64,000 nt of DNA from Chiloscyllium plagiosum (GCF_004010195.1 NC_057719.1:37262138-37326137); one strand, 5' to 3'; positions 50,701 through 63,233 are shown, numbered from the stretch's first letter. Made by a program: numbers and translations. Notes: a model not told the origin generated them from the sequence alone.

Positions 50701-52787
50701 ACATTTCCACTCATTCACCAACCCCAGCTCCCTGTTGAGGTCCACCAGCTGCCTGGATTGCGGGAACACACCCGTGAGATCCCTAGGCATCCTATCCACC
50801 TTGGGGTCCATAAGTTGGTAAAGGTCTTTCTCTATAATTGCATGATGCACTCCAAGGACCATCAGCCTGGAGAGTGCATTCATTAAGAATTTGAGGGGGG
50901 TGTGCCAGAGGACAATATACATTCAAAACCCCATACTTCTCTCTATGTATTAAAGCTTTAAGGATCAGAAAGTGCCCACATTCATCCTTAATTTGGTCTA
51001 ACAACAGAAATGGTAGATTCTTCTGAATGGGTATAGCTACTCCTCCACCTTTTCGAACTAAAGGATGAAAAGAATCACCTGGCCGAACCCTCCCTGCTGT
51101 AACTTTAAGTGCTCCTTATCGGTTAGATGTGTTTCTTGCAGCAAGGCTACATCGACCCTTTCCTTTCTAAGGCTTGAAAGCATTTTTCTCTTAATCGGTG
51201 AATGACTCCCCTTAATGTTCCAGGTGCACCATTCAAACCAGCAATTAGCCATAGCCATCCGACACAGTCTGTGACCCCTCTGGGAGGAAGAACCTCATTT
51301 ATAGCGTGCTGAGTGAAAACAGTAAACAGTTCATATAAACTTGAAAATACAACTACAAAAACTACCAAATCAAAACTTTTAACAACTCCTTCTACAATGA
51401 ACCAACATATAACACAAATAAAAGGAGACTTGCCCACAGGGGGCACCCACACTACTCACTAACCTCTCCATGGCTCTTTCTCACTGAAGCCACGCCCCAA
51501 ACCCAAAAAGAACAAAATATATAAAAGTCACACACATCTTACAACAAGAAAATCAAAAGTGGACGTTCAACCCATCCATACTTCGACTCTAGGCAGTTTT
51601 ATTAATAATGAATGAACCCCCCCCACACGGTACTAAACAAAGAGAGAAACAAAAAGGGAATGATAGAAAAACAAAGGATAATGGGAGGGGAGAAAGAAGG
51701 GAGAGGAGAGAGAAAGAAGTAAAAGGAAAGACCCTCACATATTAAAAAGACAAAACCAGGTAAACCAGGCAAACTACAGAGAAAACAAAGTGAACACAAT
51801 TGTCCATATTATTTGAGCCACCAGTTTATTTTCAGTTGTCCAGGAAGTCTTTTCCGGTGAGTCAAAATTAAACATGAACCCTCCGTGGCTGAAACGTAAT
51901 ATTGCCAGATATCTTACAGAGAACTAAATATTCAAGTCCCTCAGCCTCTGTTTTGCCTCATCAAAGGCCTTCCTCTTAGAGCACGGCTGCAAAAAAGTCT
52001 TTAAAGAACATAATTCTTGATTCTTTATATACTTGAGCCTGTGGATCCTTCCCCAGTGCTCTAACAGCTTCCAGCATCATTTCCTATTCTCTATAATGCT
52101 GGAGTAGCAGTAGGACCAGGTGGGGACGCTGGTCCAACCCGGGCCTGTGCACTGCGACCCGGTGTGCCCACTCGACCTGCACCCCGTCCGCCTCGACGTC
52201 CATCTTCAAAAACTGCAAGAGCCATTCCTCCAAGAAGCTGATCAGCTGGTCTCCCTCTTTCCACTCGCAGTGACTTTTGAAGTTGTCAAACTGCTTGACT
52301 AAGGCCCGTACCTGTCGCTCCAAGGTCTGGACCCGGCCCTCCAAAGATTCCACCGTGGTTTTGGAAGCTGTGGCCCGCTGCTCTGACTCCATGCTGGATC
52401 TCCTGGTCATGCTTCTGCAGCATGGCCAAGATTGGTTCCAGCCTGGTCCAGGTCTCCTCTATCGCTGAATCGATCTTCACTCAGAGTTTCATGAACTCCG
52501 AGACCAGGCTCTGCTCCACAGGTAAGACCCCAGGAACGTTCACAGAGGCCACGGGCTTGTCCGGTATTGCAGGAGAGTGCCATACTCGTTGTGATCCTCG
52601 TGGTCCTTTTCCCTTAGTCATTTTTGTTTCTTTAAAAAAAGCACTGAAACGAATAAATAACAGTTCTAGGGGCTTAAAACCAGCGATTTACACCACAATG
52701 GGTAAAAAGGCACTACTTTGTCTGGGTTTCTGGGCAGAGCTTAGCAGGGCAGACCTACTGGATTGCCGCCATCTTGGATCTCCCAGC
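47710..52787 (-). mobile_element. L1-clade LINE with both termini present, decayed and internally deleted, sense to EML1
   Basis: 14-bp TSD GGACTTGGCATTTT at 47696-47709 and 52788-52801. 5'UTR is 52787-52622. ORF1 remnant runs from ATG 52621 (MTKGKGPRGS...YLAILRFSHGGFMFNFDSPEK) to ~51826. ORF2 remnant 51258-48083 has APE motifs (WNIKG, LLQETHL, RIDMFF, SDHAAV), an RT N-part (YRPISLLNVDF, DAEKVFD) and a C-terminal CPKC region. AATAAA at 47729-47724 is followed by a short A tail. Many stops and frameshifts. Confidence 0.92.
52765..52776 (-). promoter_or_regulatory. YY1 consensus site at +12..+23 of the L1 5'UTR (putative internal Pol II promoter)
   Basis: The element starts GCTGGGAGATC-CAAGATGGCGGC-AATCC. 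CAAGATGGCGGC is the canonical YY1 consensus. Confidence 0.75.
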
Positions 52788-52886
52788 GGACTTGGCATTT
52801 TAAGTATTCATCCAGATGCTTCTTAAATTTTGCAAGAGTATCTGCCTCTACCACCCTCTCAGGTAGCATATTTCACCCTTTGAAAT

Positions 52887-53170
52887 TAGAATCCCTACAG
52901 CCCAACAAGTCCACACTGACCCTCTAATGAGTAACCCACCCAGACCCAATCCCTTACTGTATATTAACTCCTGACTAATGCACCTAACCTACACATCCCT
53001 GAATACTATCATGGCCAATTTAGCGAACTGGCACAACTTTAGATTGTGGGAAGAAACCCCGCAGACATGAGGAGAACGTGCAAACAGACAGTCGCCCATG
53101 GCTGGAATTGAACCCAGGTCTTTGGCGCTATGAGGCAACAGTGCTAACCACTGAGCCACTGTGCTGTCCC
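52887..53170 (-). mobile_element. V-SINE copy inserted in a CR1 3' end
   Basis: Reverse complement has the head CAGTGGCTCAGTGGTTAGCACTG...GGTTCAATTCC and a SINE tail. Confidence 0.85.
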
Positions 53171-54351
53171 CTGGGTGAAAGAATCTTTTCTCATATCTCT
53201 GCTAAACCACTTGCTCCTCACCTTAAACATATGCCCTCTGGTCTTAGACACATCTGCCCTGGGGTAGAGATTCTCATAATCTACCCTGGCTATGCCTTTC
53301 ATAATTTTGTAAACCTCACCAGATCCTCCTTCTCTGCTCCAAGGAAAATAAACCCAGCTCATCCAGTCTCTCCTCATAACTGACACTTTTCACCCCAGGT
53401 AACATCCTAGTGAATATCCTCTCTGCACCCTCTCCAGTGCAATCACATCCTTCCAAAAGTGTGGCGACCAGGACAGCACACAGAGATCTAATCAATGTGA
53501 GTTGTGACAAGATGGCCTTGCTCCTATACTCTACACCCCAGGCAAGTACCTCATATACCTTCTTCACCATCCGGTCTACCTGTGCTGGCACCTTCAGGGA
53601 TCTATGGACATGTACACACAGGTCCCTTTGTTCCTCAGTACTCCCTACGAACCTACCATTCATTTGTATATCTTCCCTGATTAGATCTCCCAAAATACAT
53701 CACCTTGCACTTATCAGGATTAAATTCTATTTGCCATTGCTTTGCCCAATTTACCAGCTAATCAATATCAGACCGTAGCCTGAGATCATCCTCCTAATTA
53801 TCAATAAACCACCAATTTTCATGTCTTCTGCAAATTTACTAATTATACCATTATATTCACATCCTAGACACTAAGGTACATAAATAGCAAAGGTGCCAGC
53901 ACTGATCCTTGTGGCACACTGCTAATCGCAGCCTTCCAATTATAAAAACAACATTCCACATCACTCTTTACCTTCTATCTGCAAGACAATTCTGGACCGT
54001 ATTTGCCAATTTGCTTTAGATCCCATTAGCTCTTACCTTCTGAACTGGCCTTCTGTGTGAACCCTTTCAAAGGCCTTACTGAAGTCCATGCACACCACGT
54101 CAACTGCATTACCTTTATCAATATATTCAGTCACTTTTTCAAAAACCTCAATTAAATTAGTCAGACAACATCACTTCCTACTAAATAAGTGCTGAGTGTC
54201 CCTGATCAATCACTCCCTTTCCAAGGATTGATTAATCCTGTCCTTCAGAATCTTTTCCAATAACTTCCCCACCACTGACATCAGACTAACTGGTCTATAA
54301 TTACCTGGCCTCTCCCTGCTGCCCTTCCTGAACAAAGGAACCACATTATGT

Positions 54352-55247
54352 TCCCAATTCCTTCGTCTCCGCCGCATCTGCTCCCAGGAGGACCAGTTCC
54401 AATATCATACAACCCAGATGGCCTCCTTCTTCAAAGACCGCAATTTCCCCCCAGACGTGATCGACGATGCCCTCCACNNNNNNNNNNNNNNNNNNNNNNN
54501 NNNNNNNNNNNNNNNNNNNNNNNNNNNNNNNNNNNNNNNNNNNNNNNNNNNNNNNNNNNNNNNNNNNNNNNNNNNNNNNNNNNNNNNNNNNNNNNNNNNN
54601 NNNNNNNNNNNNNNNNNNNNNNNNNNNNNNNNNNNNNNNNNNNNNNNNNNNNNNNNNNNNNNNNNNNNNNNNNNNNNNNNNNNNNNNNNNNNNNNNNNNN
54701 NNNNNNNNNNNNNNNNNNNNNNNNNNNNNNNNNNNNNNNNNNNNNNNNNNNNNNNNNNNNNNNNNNNNNNNNNNNNNNNNNNNNNNNNNNNNNNNNNNNN
54801 NNNNNNNNNNNNNNNNNNNNNNNNNNNNNNNNNNNNNNNNNNNNNNNNNNNNNNNNNNNNNNNNNNNNNNNNNNNNNNNNNNNNNNNNNNNNNNNNNNNN
54901 NNNNNNNNNNNNNNNNNNNNNNNNNNNNNNNNNNNNNNNNNNNNNNNNNCCCTCCCCTCACCTTGTCTCAGTCCCAACCCTCAAACTCAGCACCACCTTC
55001 CTAACCTGCAATCTTCTTCCCGACCTCTCCACCCCCACCCCTACTCCGGCTTATCACTCTCACCTTAACCTCCTTCCACCTATCGCATTTCCAACGCCCC
55101 TCCTCCAAGTCCCTCCTCCCTACCTTTTATCTTAGCCTGCTGGACACACTCTCCTCATTCCTGAAGAAGAGCTCATGCCTGAAACATCGATTCTCGTGCT
55201 CCTTGGATGCTGCCTGACCTGCTGCGCTTTTCCAGCAACACATTTTC
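54352..55247 (+). mobile_element. Penelope-like element, 5'-truncated, with 13-bp TSD
   Basis: ORF remnant SQFLRLRRICSQEDQFQYHTTQMASFFKDRNFPPDVIDDALH (PLE RT thumb/linker region), a C-rich 3' region, and a pLTR with a degenerate hammerhead at 55158-55191. TSD AACCACATTATGT at 54339-54351 and 55248-55260. N-gap 54478-54949 hides the expected GIY-YIG part. Confidence 0.88.
54478..54949. other. Assembly gap (others at 18394-18421, 21692-21773, 37157-37243)
   Basis: Runs of N. All four gaps fall inside young retroelements. Confidence 0.99.
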
Positions 55248-58200
55248 AACCACATTATGTGACAATTATATGGCTTTGAGAGGTGTATTTTGTCCTTATT
55301 TTTAAAGAGAGCCTTTGAGCCAGAGGTGCCAAGTTAATTCTTTCAAGCCAATCATCTGGCACTTCATCTGTGGCCAGCACGGCGCCAGCAAACACTTCCC
55401 TTGCCTCCCATAGCATCCTGGGATACAGCTCATCAGGCCCTAGCGATTTGTGCAACTGTATGTCCATTAAAATACCGAATACCTCCTTCTTATTAATCTT
55501 AACATATTCAACAATCTCATATCGCAGCTACAATGTCACTCATTTGTGAATACAGATGAGAAATATTTGTTTAAGACCTCACCTTCCTGAGGCTCCATGC
55601 ATTGGTTACCCCTCTGGTCTCTAATAGGTCCCACCCTTTCCCTGGTAATCCTCTTCCTCTTAAAATATTCATAAAAAACCATGGTGTTTTTCTTGATCCC
55701 ATCTGCCAAAGATATTTTCTGAACCCTCTTTGCCCTCCTAATTTCCTTTTCAAGCAACCTCCTACACTCTCTATACTTTTGAAGGTCCTTCCATGTTTTT
55801 GATGTGACATATGCTTCCTTCTTTTTCTTTATCAAACTCTCGATATCCCTGATATCCAGGGTTCCGTGGATGTGCTGCCCTTGCCCTACACTCTTAGAAG
55901 AACATGTTAGTTGTGAATTCTTATTGTACTACTTTTAAAAGACTCTCACTATTCAAATGGAGACCTACTTGCAAGTAGCTGCTCCCAGTCTACGTTTGCC
56001 AGATCCTGTCTAATGACACTGAGTTGGCCTTCACCCAGTTTAGACACTTAATTTCTGCACTATCATTACTCCTATCCGTAATTACTTTTAACAATGTTTT
56101 CTTTATTTTCTTAGTTCCCCAAAATTTCCCTTTCTCATCCATTAGAGAAATTATGGAAAATAGCTGCAGTAGCACACTCTTTAGAACAATCAGCTAAAAA
56201 TGTTTTGCTTTATGTTCACCTAAGGACATGAATGTAAATATGTGTTCATCCAGATGTAATTTTTAATGCTTCATTTGCCCTTTAGCAGTCTCTGCTTTAG
56301 ACGATATCATTGTCTTACATTATTCCAGTAGTTGGAACTGGTATCCTGTCGAGTCAAAATATACAGTTCACCTGACCAGTCAAGCTTCTAAGTACTCCAT
56401 TTTTTTCTAGTTATAACCTTATAACTATAGCTCTGTGATAGCCTAGTAGATTAAAAAGTATGGCAGTAACACTCTCTTAATAAGATTATTGCTTTAAAAT
56501 TGGATTTATCTTATAAGTAATAGATATTATAAATTCCACAGTAATTATAATCCATTAAGAAATCATCAACATGTATCATGAAGATGTCTGAAAGCGTTGT
56601 ATATGATTCCAATAAAGTATTATGCCATCCCCCTTTAACTGAGCACAACCTATTTGCAGCATAGCAGATCTCACCATAATTACAATATCCTTAAAGTTCA
56701 TTAAGGCCATCATTGCATTTGTTTGTTTTCCATAGATTTTCTTCCACATTTCCTGCCTCTTTAGATATTTTCAGAAGTACTTATATTTGAAAAATATTGC
56801 TTTGCAGAAACGCAGGTTTTATGTCAAATGGCCGAAACTGAAAGTGTGACAAAAAAAAAGCAACAAATATTTTAAGCTTTGATTTCCAGCTGTGGGAGAA
56901 GCCATTCCAACAACTGTGTTACCAAGCCACTCTTCAAAATCCACAACATCTCACCATGTTCTAGCCTTAGAGCTCTCTACAAGGGACTTCTTCAGTATAA
57001 ATGTGACAAGGTTGATTAACCCTTATCTGGAACTTCAAAATAAACTCCAAACTCACTCCAACTGTCCCCTTTATTTTACCTCTCTTACTATCTTATCTTC
57101 AGACAATCAAGCTGCTTTGTCCAGGTCAGTGTTAAGCTTCTTGTTCAGACAGGTGGAGAATATTGCATCATATTCCTGATATGTGCCTTGTAGATGGAAG
57201 AGAGACAGTTAGGAATCAGGAGGTGAGTTACTTGCCACAGAATTTCTAGCCTTTGCCCTGCTCTTGTAGCCACAGTATTTATATGACTAGTCCAGTTCAG
57301 TTTCTTGTCAATGGTAACCCCAGGATATTGATAGTGGGAGATTCAGCAATGGATGGTAGTTAGATTCTCCCTTCTTGGGAATGCTCACTGCCTGGCACTT
57401 GTATGGCATGAATGCTACTTGCCATTTATCAGCCCAGGCCTTGTCAAGGATTGCTTCAGTTTCTGAGGTGTTGCAAATGGCGGTGAACATTGTGCAATCA
57501 ATGGCAAACAGGTTGACGTCTGACCTTATGATGGAGAGAAGGTCATTGATGAAGCTGTCGAAAATGTTTTGACCTTGTTCACTACCCTGAGAAACTCCTG
57601 TTGTGATGTCCTGGACAGAGATGATTGACTTCCCGCAACCACAACTATCTTCCTTTGAGCCAGGTATGACTGTGGAGAGTTTTTCTTCTAATTCCCATTG
57701 AAATAGTTTTGCCGGAGTTCACTGAAGTTACACTCAGTGTGACCTTGATGTCAAGGGTAGGCAGAATGGAATTCACCTCTAGAATTCAACTCTTTTGGCC
57801 ATGTTTGGACCAAGGCTGTATGAGGTCAGGAGTCTAATTTCAATTTGCCAGTGTCTTTTCCTGTAAGTCACACAGTTGCCATATTTCTCCATTCAGTAGA
57901 AGCCACTGGAATATATGTCATGAGCTCCCTGTCTGGACAATGGGCCTGTGGCTCTATTTTCTCATATTACACAATCCAGTCTTTGACTGCATTCCACTGA
58001 TCAGGATCCTCATCACAAAACACAAGAGCACATGAAGTTCAAAGTATCTTGCTTACTTCTATCAGATCCTCAGAGTGAGATTTCATAATAGTAATTGTGA
58101 TTGATCACAAGGAATGAATGTTAACAGTTTGAGTACATGTTTGATCAGTCATTCCCCATTACCTTATCAGGACCTTTTGGTTTCCTGTAACCTATTGTTT

Positions 58201-59238
58201 TATTTTTACACTTAATGTCCTAAATTCGAGTCTACCTTAGATGGTTTCATATACTGGGCAAGATTGTCACTCATGAGGTGGAAGCTCAAATCCAGAAATT
58301 TCCTAAATGTTCGGGTACAGCCTCAGAGGAAAGTGAGTGCTGATATAGCAGATTGGACGACCCCCATTGGCCCCAATGTACTAAAGGCTGTTAGACCTTC
58401 CAGTGTTCTCCACTTATCCCGCACCATGCTGTCTCCATGGCCAGATGTCATCTCTATGCCTGCTTAAGTAGTATGTACAATGTATAAAATTAATGATCCA
58501 TATAATAATATTTAAATGCTGATTAAAGAAATCCATTCGTAAATCTACTTTGAAGAACACCGCTGCTTTTACAATCTTATTAATGTCTCACTGAGACATT
58601 GTCATTCATAGTTTCAATAAAGAAGCTTTACCCTGCTTCACCAATATCGTCCAAATAAACATATAGATATTGAAAATACAGATCAAAGAAAGAATAACGT
58701 TTTCTAATCTCATAAAATTGTCATTCAATCAATGCTAACTCTACTTCAGCCTATGTAAACTGACAGCTGTTGAGCGAACCATTAATGAGTTTCAGAGCTC
58801 AGCTACGCCTTTATTCTGAGACTGTCTTGAGAAACAGACATCAAGGCACCTGCTTTGTTGATATAATTGTCGGATGATTTGATTATGAATGCTTGACTGA
58901 GTTCCAAAGATGCACTTCCCAACTCAGTCATCACAGTTTCAAACACAATTGAAACACAATTGAATCCACTGTTAATGCCCATCAATATAATAAAATACAG
59001 ATAAGATACTATTAATATAAATTCTATAATCTGCAGGCTCAAAGTATCAGGCAGCAACACTAGAGCACAAGATAGCATGTACCACCATAACACCAGGCAG
59101 CACTATTGCTAGAGTAGGAGACACTTTACAGTATCAAAATATCAGATAACCATAAGTCATTCTTATATTTGTTGCTACAGTAAAGTTTCAGTGTTGTTGT
59201 AAGTGTTCATACTAAAGATGAATGAGCACAATACTTAC

Positions 59239-59334
59239 CAAAAACATGAAATCCTAATGTGCAGGTATAAGTGGCCCACTCAACATCCCTGACCTGCTCA
59301 ACACTCACCACTTGCTTGCAGACTGATGGCATCC
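59239..59334 (-). CDS. EML1: EML1 coding exon (3rd from last), 96 bp, phase 1/1
   Basis: ttttcacggacAG|GG ATG CCA...GTT TTT G|GTaagt translates (W)MPSVCKQVVSVEQVRDVEWATYTCTLGFHVF(G). KQVVSVE and WATYTCTLGFHVFG match EML1 as I recall it, not EML2/3/4. Confidence 0.95.
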
Positions 59335-60036
59335 CTGTCCGTGAAAAACAAAGTAAAATTCTAGGATTCAATCACATTGGAGTGAATGGTAAGTAACGAA
59401 TATTATCACTCTGCTCTGTATTCCGCAGGCTACTCTAGAATCATTTTAAGCCATAAAGCAAGACATTCAAGACACTAAACATGCTTCCGTCAGGTTATCC
59501 TTATGATGGGAATATTTACTGTTATAGCACAAATCATACAAATCCATTTAAATGCAGACTGAAATCATGAGGACTAACTTTAACTCACTCAAAATCCATT
59601 CATTTGCACGATTTAAATGGAATCCACAACAGTATCAATATCCAAAATGAGAATAAGTCTTAACAAGTAAATGCCTACCTCTATTTGTTAGATAATCTCC
59701 CAGACTTCACTAACACCTTCATTACCTTGCAATCTCTACCATATAGAAAGTCAAGGACAAGTATGTGCCTGAGAACACTATCTAATTTACCCCTCAAGTC
59801 ACACACCATCCCAAACTGAACTTATTTTGCACTTCTTTAATAAAGCAAGGTCAAAATGTTGGAATGCACAGCTAACAGCACTGAGGCTTGCTAACACACT
59901 CAAAATCTCTGGAATGAATAAGAAAAGTAAAAGAAAGCTTGCAGTAGATATTAATATCTGTCTATCAACCCTCGCCCTCAGATAATAAGTGTTTATATTT
60001 TTAATGGCCTGTGGGTTGTAGGAGAAGCAATGCTAG

Positions 60037-60938
60037 TGTTATGATCCCAGCTGATTTTATTACTGGACAAATCAGATCCCAAACTGAATTCTGGTTTGAT
60101 GGATCATTTTTTGTTTGTATTATTTAGTAAGGTGATCCTTCACTGAAATACCAGTGTACAGTGCTTCAGATTTGGTTTTAACAATCAAGTATAAGTTTAG
60201 TATGTGAAAGAAATAAAGATAATATAGAATAAACCAAGCTACTTTGTATGATACAAATTGAAATATTTCACACAGTAAAAATACATTCCCATCTATTCCA
60301 ACCTCATAGCTTTACAGTAATCTGACAATGCACAATGTTTGCTTCTCTATCATAATTATAGATTTAATTTAACTGTTGCTTTCAATTCCTGGCCTTGAGA
60401 ATTTGGTATCCTCTTTCTTAACAAGTCACACAATTGATCTTAGACTTTCTCAATATGAATTACTCCTTCAGGATTCCAACGTAGTCTGGTACTTTCAAAG
60501 TAAAATCCTTAGTCTAAGGTAACCTGTTTCCCAGAGTTCGAAATTAACTTCTTTCTCTAGATGAAAATATTTCTTGCACCGAACTTCAAGCAGGACCTCT
60601 GCAAACCTTCTTTCCACGCTATGGGATTTTCCTCTGAGAGAAAAAAAATCCTGATCCTTCTAAACAGAAAACAAGCTAATAGTCCTGGATGTTCATTCCG
60701 TAAATGTTAATTCTTTTACTCATAAAACTTTTCCAATGCAAACAAAGACCCATTACCACTTCAGGAGCACTGTCCCTCATACTTTTTTTTAAAAAGATCA
60801 TGGCTTCAGAATTATTGACAAACTAATCACTAAACAGCTCATGCACACAAGACCAAAACCCACATGCTACTTGTTCAAAATTCAAACTCTAAAATAAATT
60901 ATATTAAAAATATATATAAATGCACACTTTGTATTACA
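60037..60938. mobile_element. Possible solo LTR
   Basis: TGTTAT...ATTACA termini and LTR-like length. No clean TSD seen. Confidence 0.3.
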
Positions 60939-62584
60939 TTTGGGTTAATGGTCAAAACATACAATTATACAGAATAAATGGATCAGCACCTTCTGTTGAT
61001 TATACATACATATTTAAACACAAATCTGCGTTCAATAAATCTGTTGCTCCACAAACAGCAGTACTTTGTAGATTCAACATTATGACCACTTGTAGGTGAG
61101 AAGTTGTAGTCTTTACCCACTTATTACCCATGAAACATGCCTTAAAAAGTTATAGCTCGTGCATTGGGTTTAAGAACATTTTTAACAGTGCATTATGTCA
61201 TACTGCCAAAATAAATGTTCTGGCCCCAAAACGTTTACGGGTGTGGAATTCCATTCCTTCAGAAATTAATTGGTGTTGGACATAATAAAAATTAATAACA
61301 CTTAATAAAATGTGTTAACTACATTTTTGTCTCTCTCATGGTTAAACCTTTCTTTACCATTAGTTTACTCTCTACCTGCGATTTTACATCGAGTTAAAGG
61401 GGAAGAAGCACCCAACTGTCAGCTTGTCCATTTGGTGGATGGGGTCAATCGCAACCGTGGATTGTGTTGAATCCTAGGGACAAGAGTGAGGTACCGATCT
61501 TGCAGAGCTAGAGGAATGGGACTAGCAGTGAACCAGTAGAAGCATTCCTGTTTCGTCTGGCCCAAAGCAGTGTTTGAAAAACTCTGAACATTTCCTGGAA
61601 TTGGTTACTTCTCTCTGTTTACTTACTGGGGCTCTAGACCTAGGAAAACTGTTCAGTTAGAGTTTAAGGTTGAAAATTAATATGTGGCTGACAGCCTCAT
61701 TATAATAGTTAAATACCAAACCAAGCCGGCTGAGTGCACCTTAGTCAACTGCAACCCCCAACCTCTATCCCGCCTACATTAAAACTAGAGGCAGGTTGGA
61801 GGTGGGTTATGTTTGGATTTGAGATTTTTTGAATTTTCACATCCCACACTGACCCAAGTGTACTAATTTCTGGGAGTTACACTTCTTATTTGTGAGGATT
61901 CTTCAACTGGACTGGAGAGAACATTGTTGCTTGCCCTGCTCATACAAAAAATGTAGAGTTTCATAATGAAAAAGATTTCTACGTATTGTAGATTACTGTT
62001 GAAAATACCACAAAAAACTCTTTGGACAACTGTAACCACACTGCAAATTTTTGTACTGTAAGCACGTAATCAAATAGTGGGGGCTGTTTCTCCACCATTG
62101 TAAAAGAACGGACCAGCATATTAATAGAGTTAACTGTTTTATGAATTTATCCCATGGTGAGCGAGTCCCATGTTAAGATTAACTAAGACATTTCCGTTTA
62201 ACATCAATAGGGGATGCTCTAATCTAGCCTTTGACTTTATTTTGTCACTTGCTGCAACAGTTGTTTGGAATCAAACTTGTGTTGTGGAGCATTGCCAGAA
62301 CTGGGGCCTACACAACTTAAAGCAGTGATGGCCTGTGGTGAAGCGAGTTAAATTGAGGGTGCACAAGGTGGCATAATTGAAGGAACACAGGGGTTTCCAG
62401 GGGGTTGTCAGGCTGAAGATGGTAGGATGATGCTGTGAGGGTATGAAAGCAAGGATGAGAATTTTAATATTCAGGTATTGCAAATGTCTCTCACTTACTT
62501 TTTGGTCACATGAATTGTCCTTTTAAAAATAACTTACAAATCAAACTAACTTTAATTTAGAATATAGAAAATGTATATACTCAC

Positions 62585-62672
62585 AATACAAGATCTCATA
62601 GTCTCCCGAATTAGACATTAAATACTGTGAGTCAGTTGACCAGTCAAGATGTGTGATAAAACTTGAGTGACC
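62585..62672 (-). CDS. EML1: EML1 coding exon (4th from last), 88 bp, phase 0 in / phase 1 out
   Basis: Minus strand reads ...ccaccaatAG|GGT CAC TCA AGT TTT ATC ACA CAT CTT GAC TGG...TTG TAT T|GTgagt and translates GHSSFITHLDWSTDSQYLMSNSGDYEILY(W). This is the EML-family WD40 segment GHSSFITHLDW...SNSGDYEILYW. Splice sites are canonical. Too short for the ORF track. Confidence 0.95.
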
Positions 62673-63233
62673 CTATTGGTGGGGTGGGGTAGGGGTTTGT
62701 CAGAGGAAACAGAATGACATCTTGATTATACATAATCCCACTAGCACACTCGACCTCTGTGCTAGTATTTGAAATATTACATACATCTTATAAGGCAAGC
62801 TCTGCACAATTATCAATGCCTTCAGTGAAATTTCTTACAGGACTATAAAAGGTGCTGGTTCTAAAGTGAGTGAGTAATATGAATGGGATTAGTGTAAAAG
62901 GGCTGCTATTGGATCAGCTGCTCATCATACACTCCCAATCTTCATTTCTAATGGGTTTTCTCATGGATGAACTGAAACCATTTCCAGTGTATACCGACAC
63001 CTAATGGATGGAGTAAAGCTAGATTTTCAGAAGGTAGGCAATTGATTCACAAAACTAAAACACGTGATAAGAGGTAATGTAATGATTGCATAACAGACAG
63101 AGAACAGCGAGCAGGAATAACTGGGTTATTCTCACACTGGCAGGTTGTGACTAGCAGAGTACCTCAAGGATCAGTACTTGGGTCCCAACTGTTCACACAG
63201 ATATATATTAATATACTTATCAATGACTTGCAT

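Larger units (their letters stand above)
52802..56090 (-). mobile_element. Old CR1 LINE interrupted by a V-SINE and a Penelope insertion
   Basis: Degenerate ORF2 pieces: 53144-53693, VPQGSVL-like at ~53900, KSLGPDELYPRML at ~55440, KRKRITRERVGP at ~55640. Confidence 0.8.

Noticed and set aside
52422..52826. 134-aa plus-strand ORF antisense to the L1 5'UTR/ORF1 (ORF0-like?)
   Set aside because: It is largely the shadow of ORF1, runs out through the TSD into flanking DNA and has no recognisable motif. One decayed copy cannot support it.
54348..55135. Five long ORFs (176-222 aa) in the ORF track
   Set aside because: Artefacts of translating through a 472-nt N gap. The real content is a Penelope fragment.
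58236..58459. Possible cryptic or poison EML1 exon (taagcAG|GC ATA GAG..., in frame with the upstream exon for ~45 codons to TGA at 58325-58323; donor AAG|GTAGAC)
   Set aside because: Weak polypyrimidine tract and donor, no similarity to EML proteins, and no transcript evidence.
58894..58930. 10-bp perfect stem TGACTGAGTT/AACTCAGTCA as a pre-miRNA
   Set aside because: The stem is too short and does not extend; compatible with chance.
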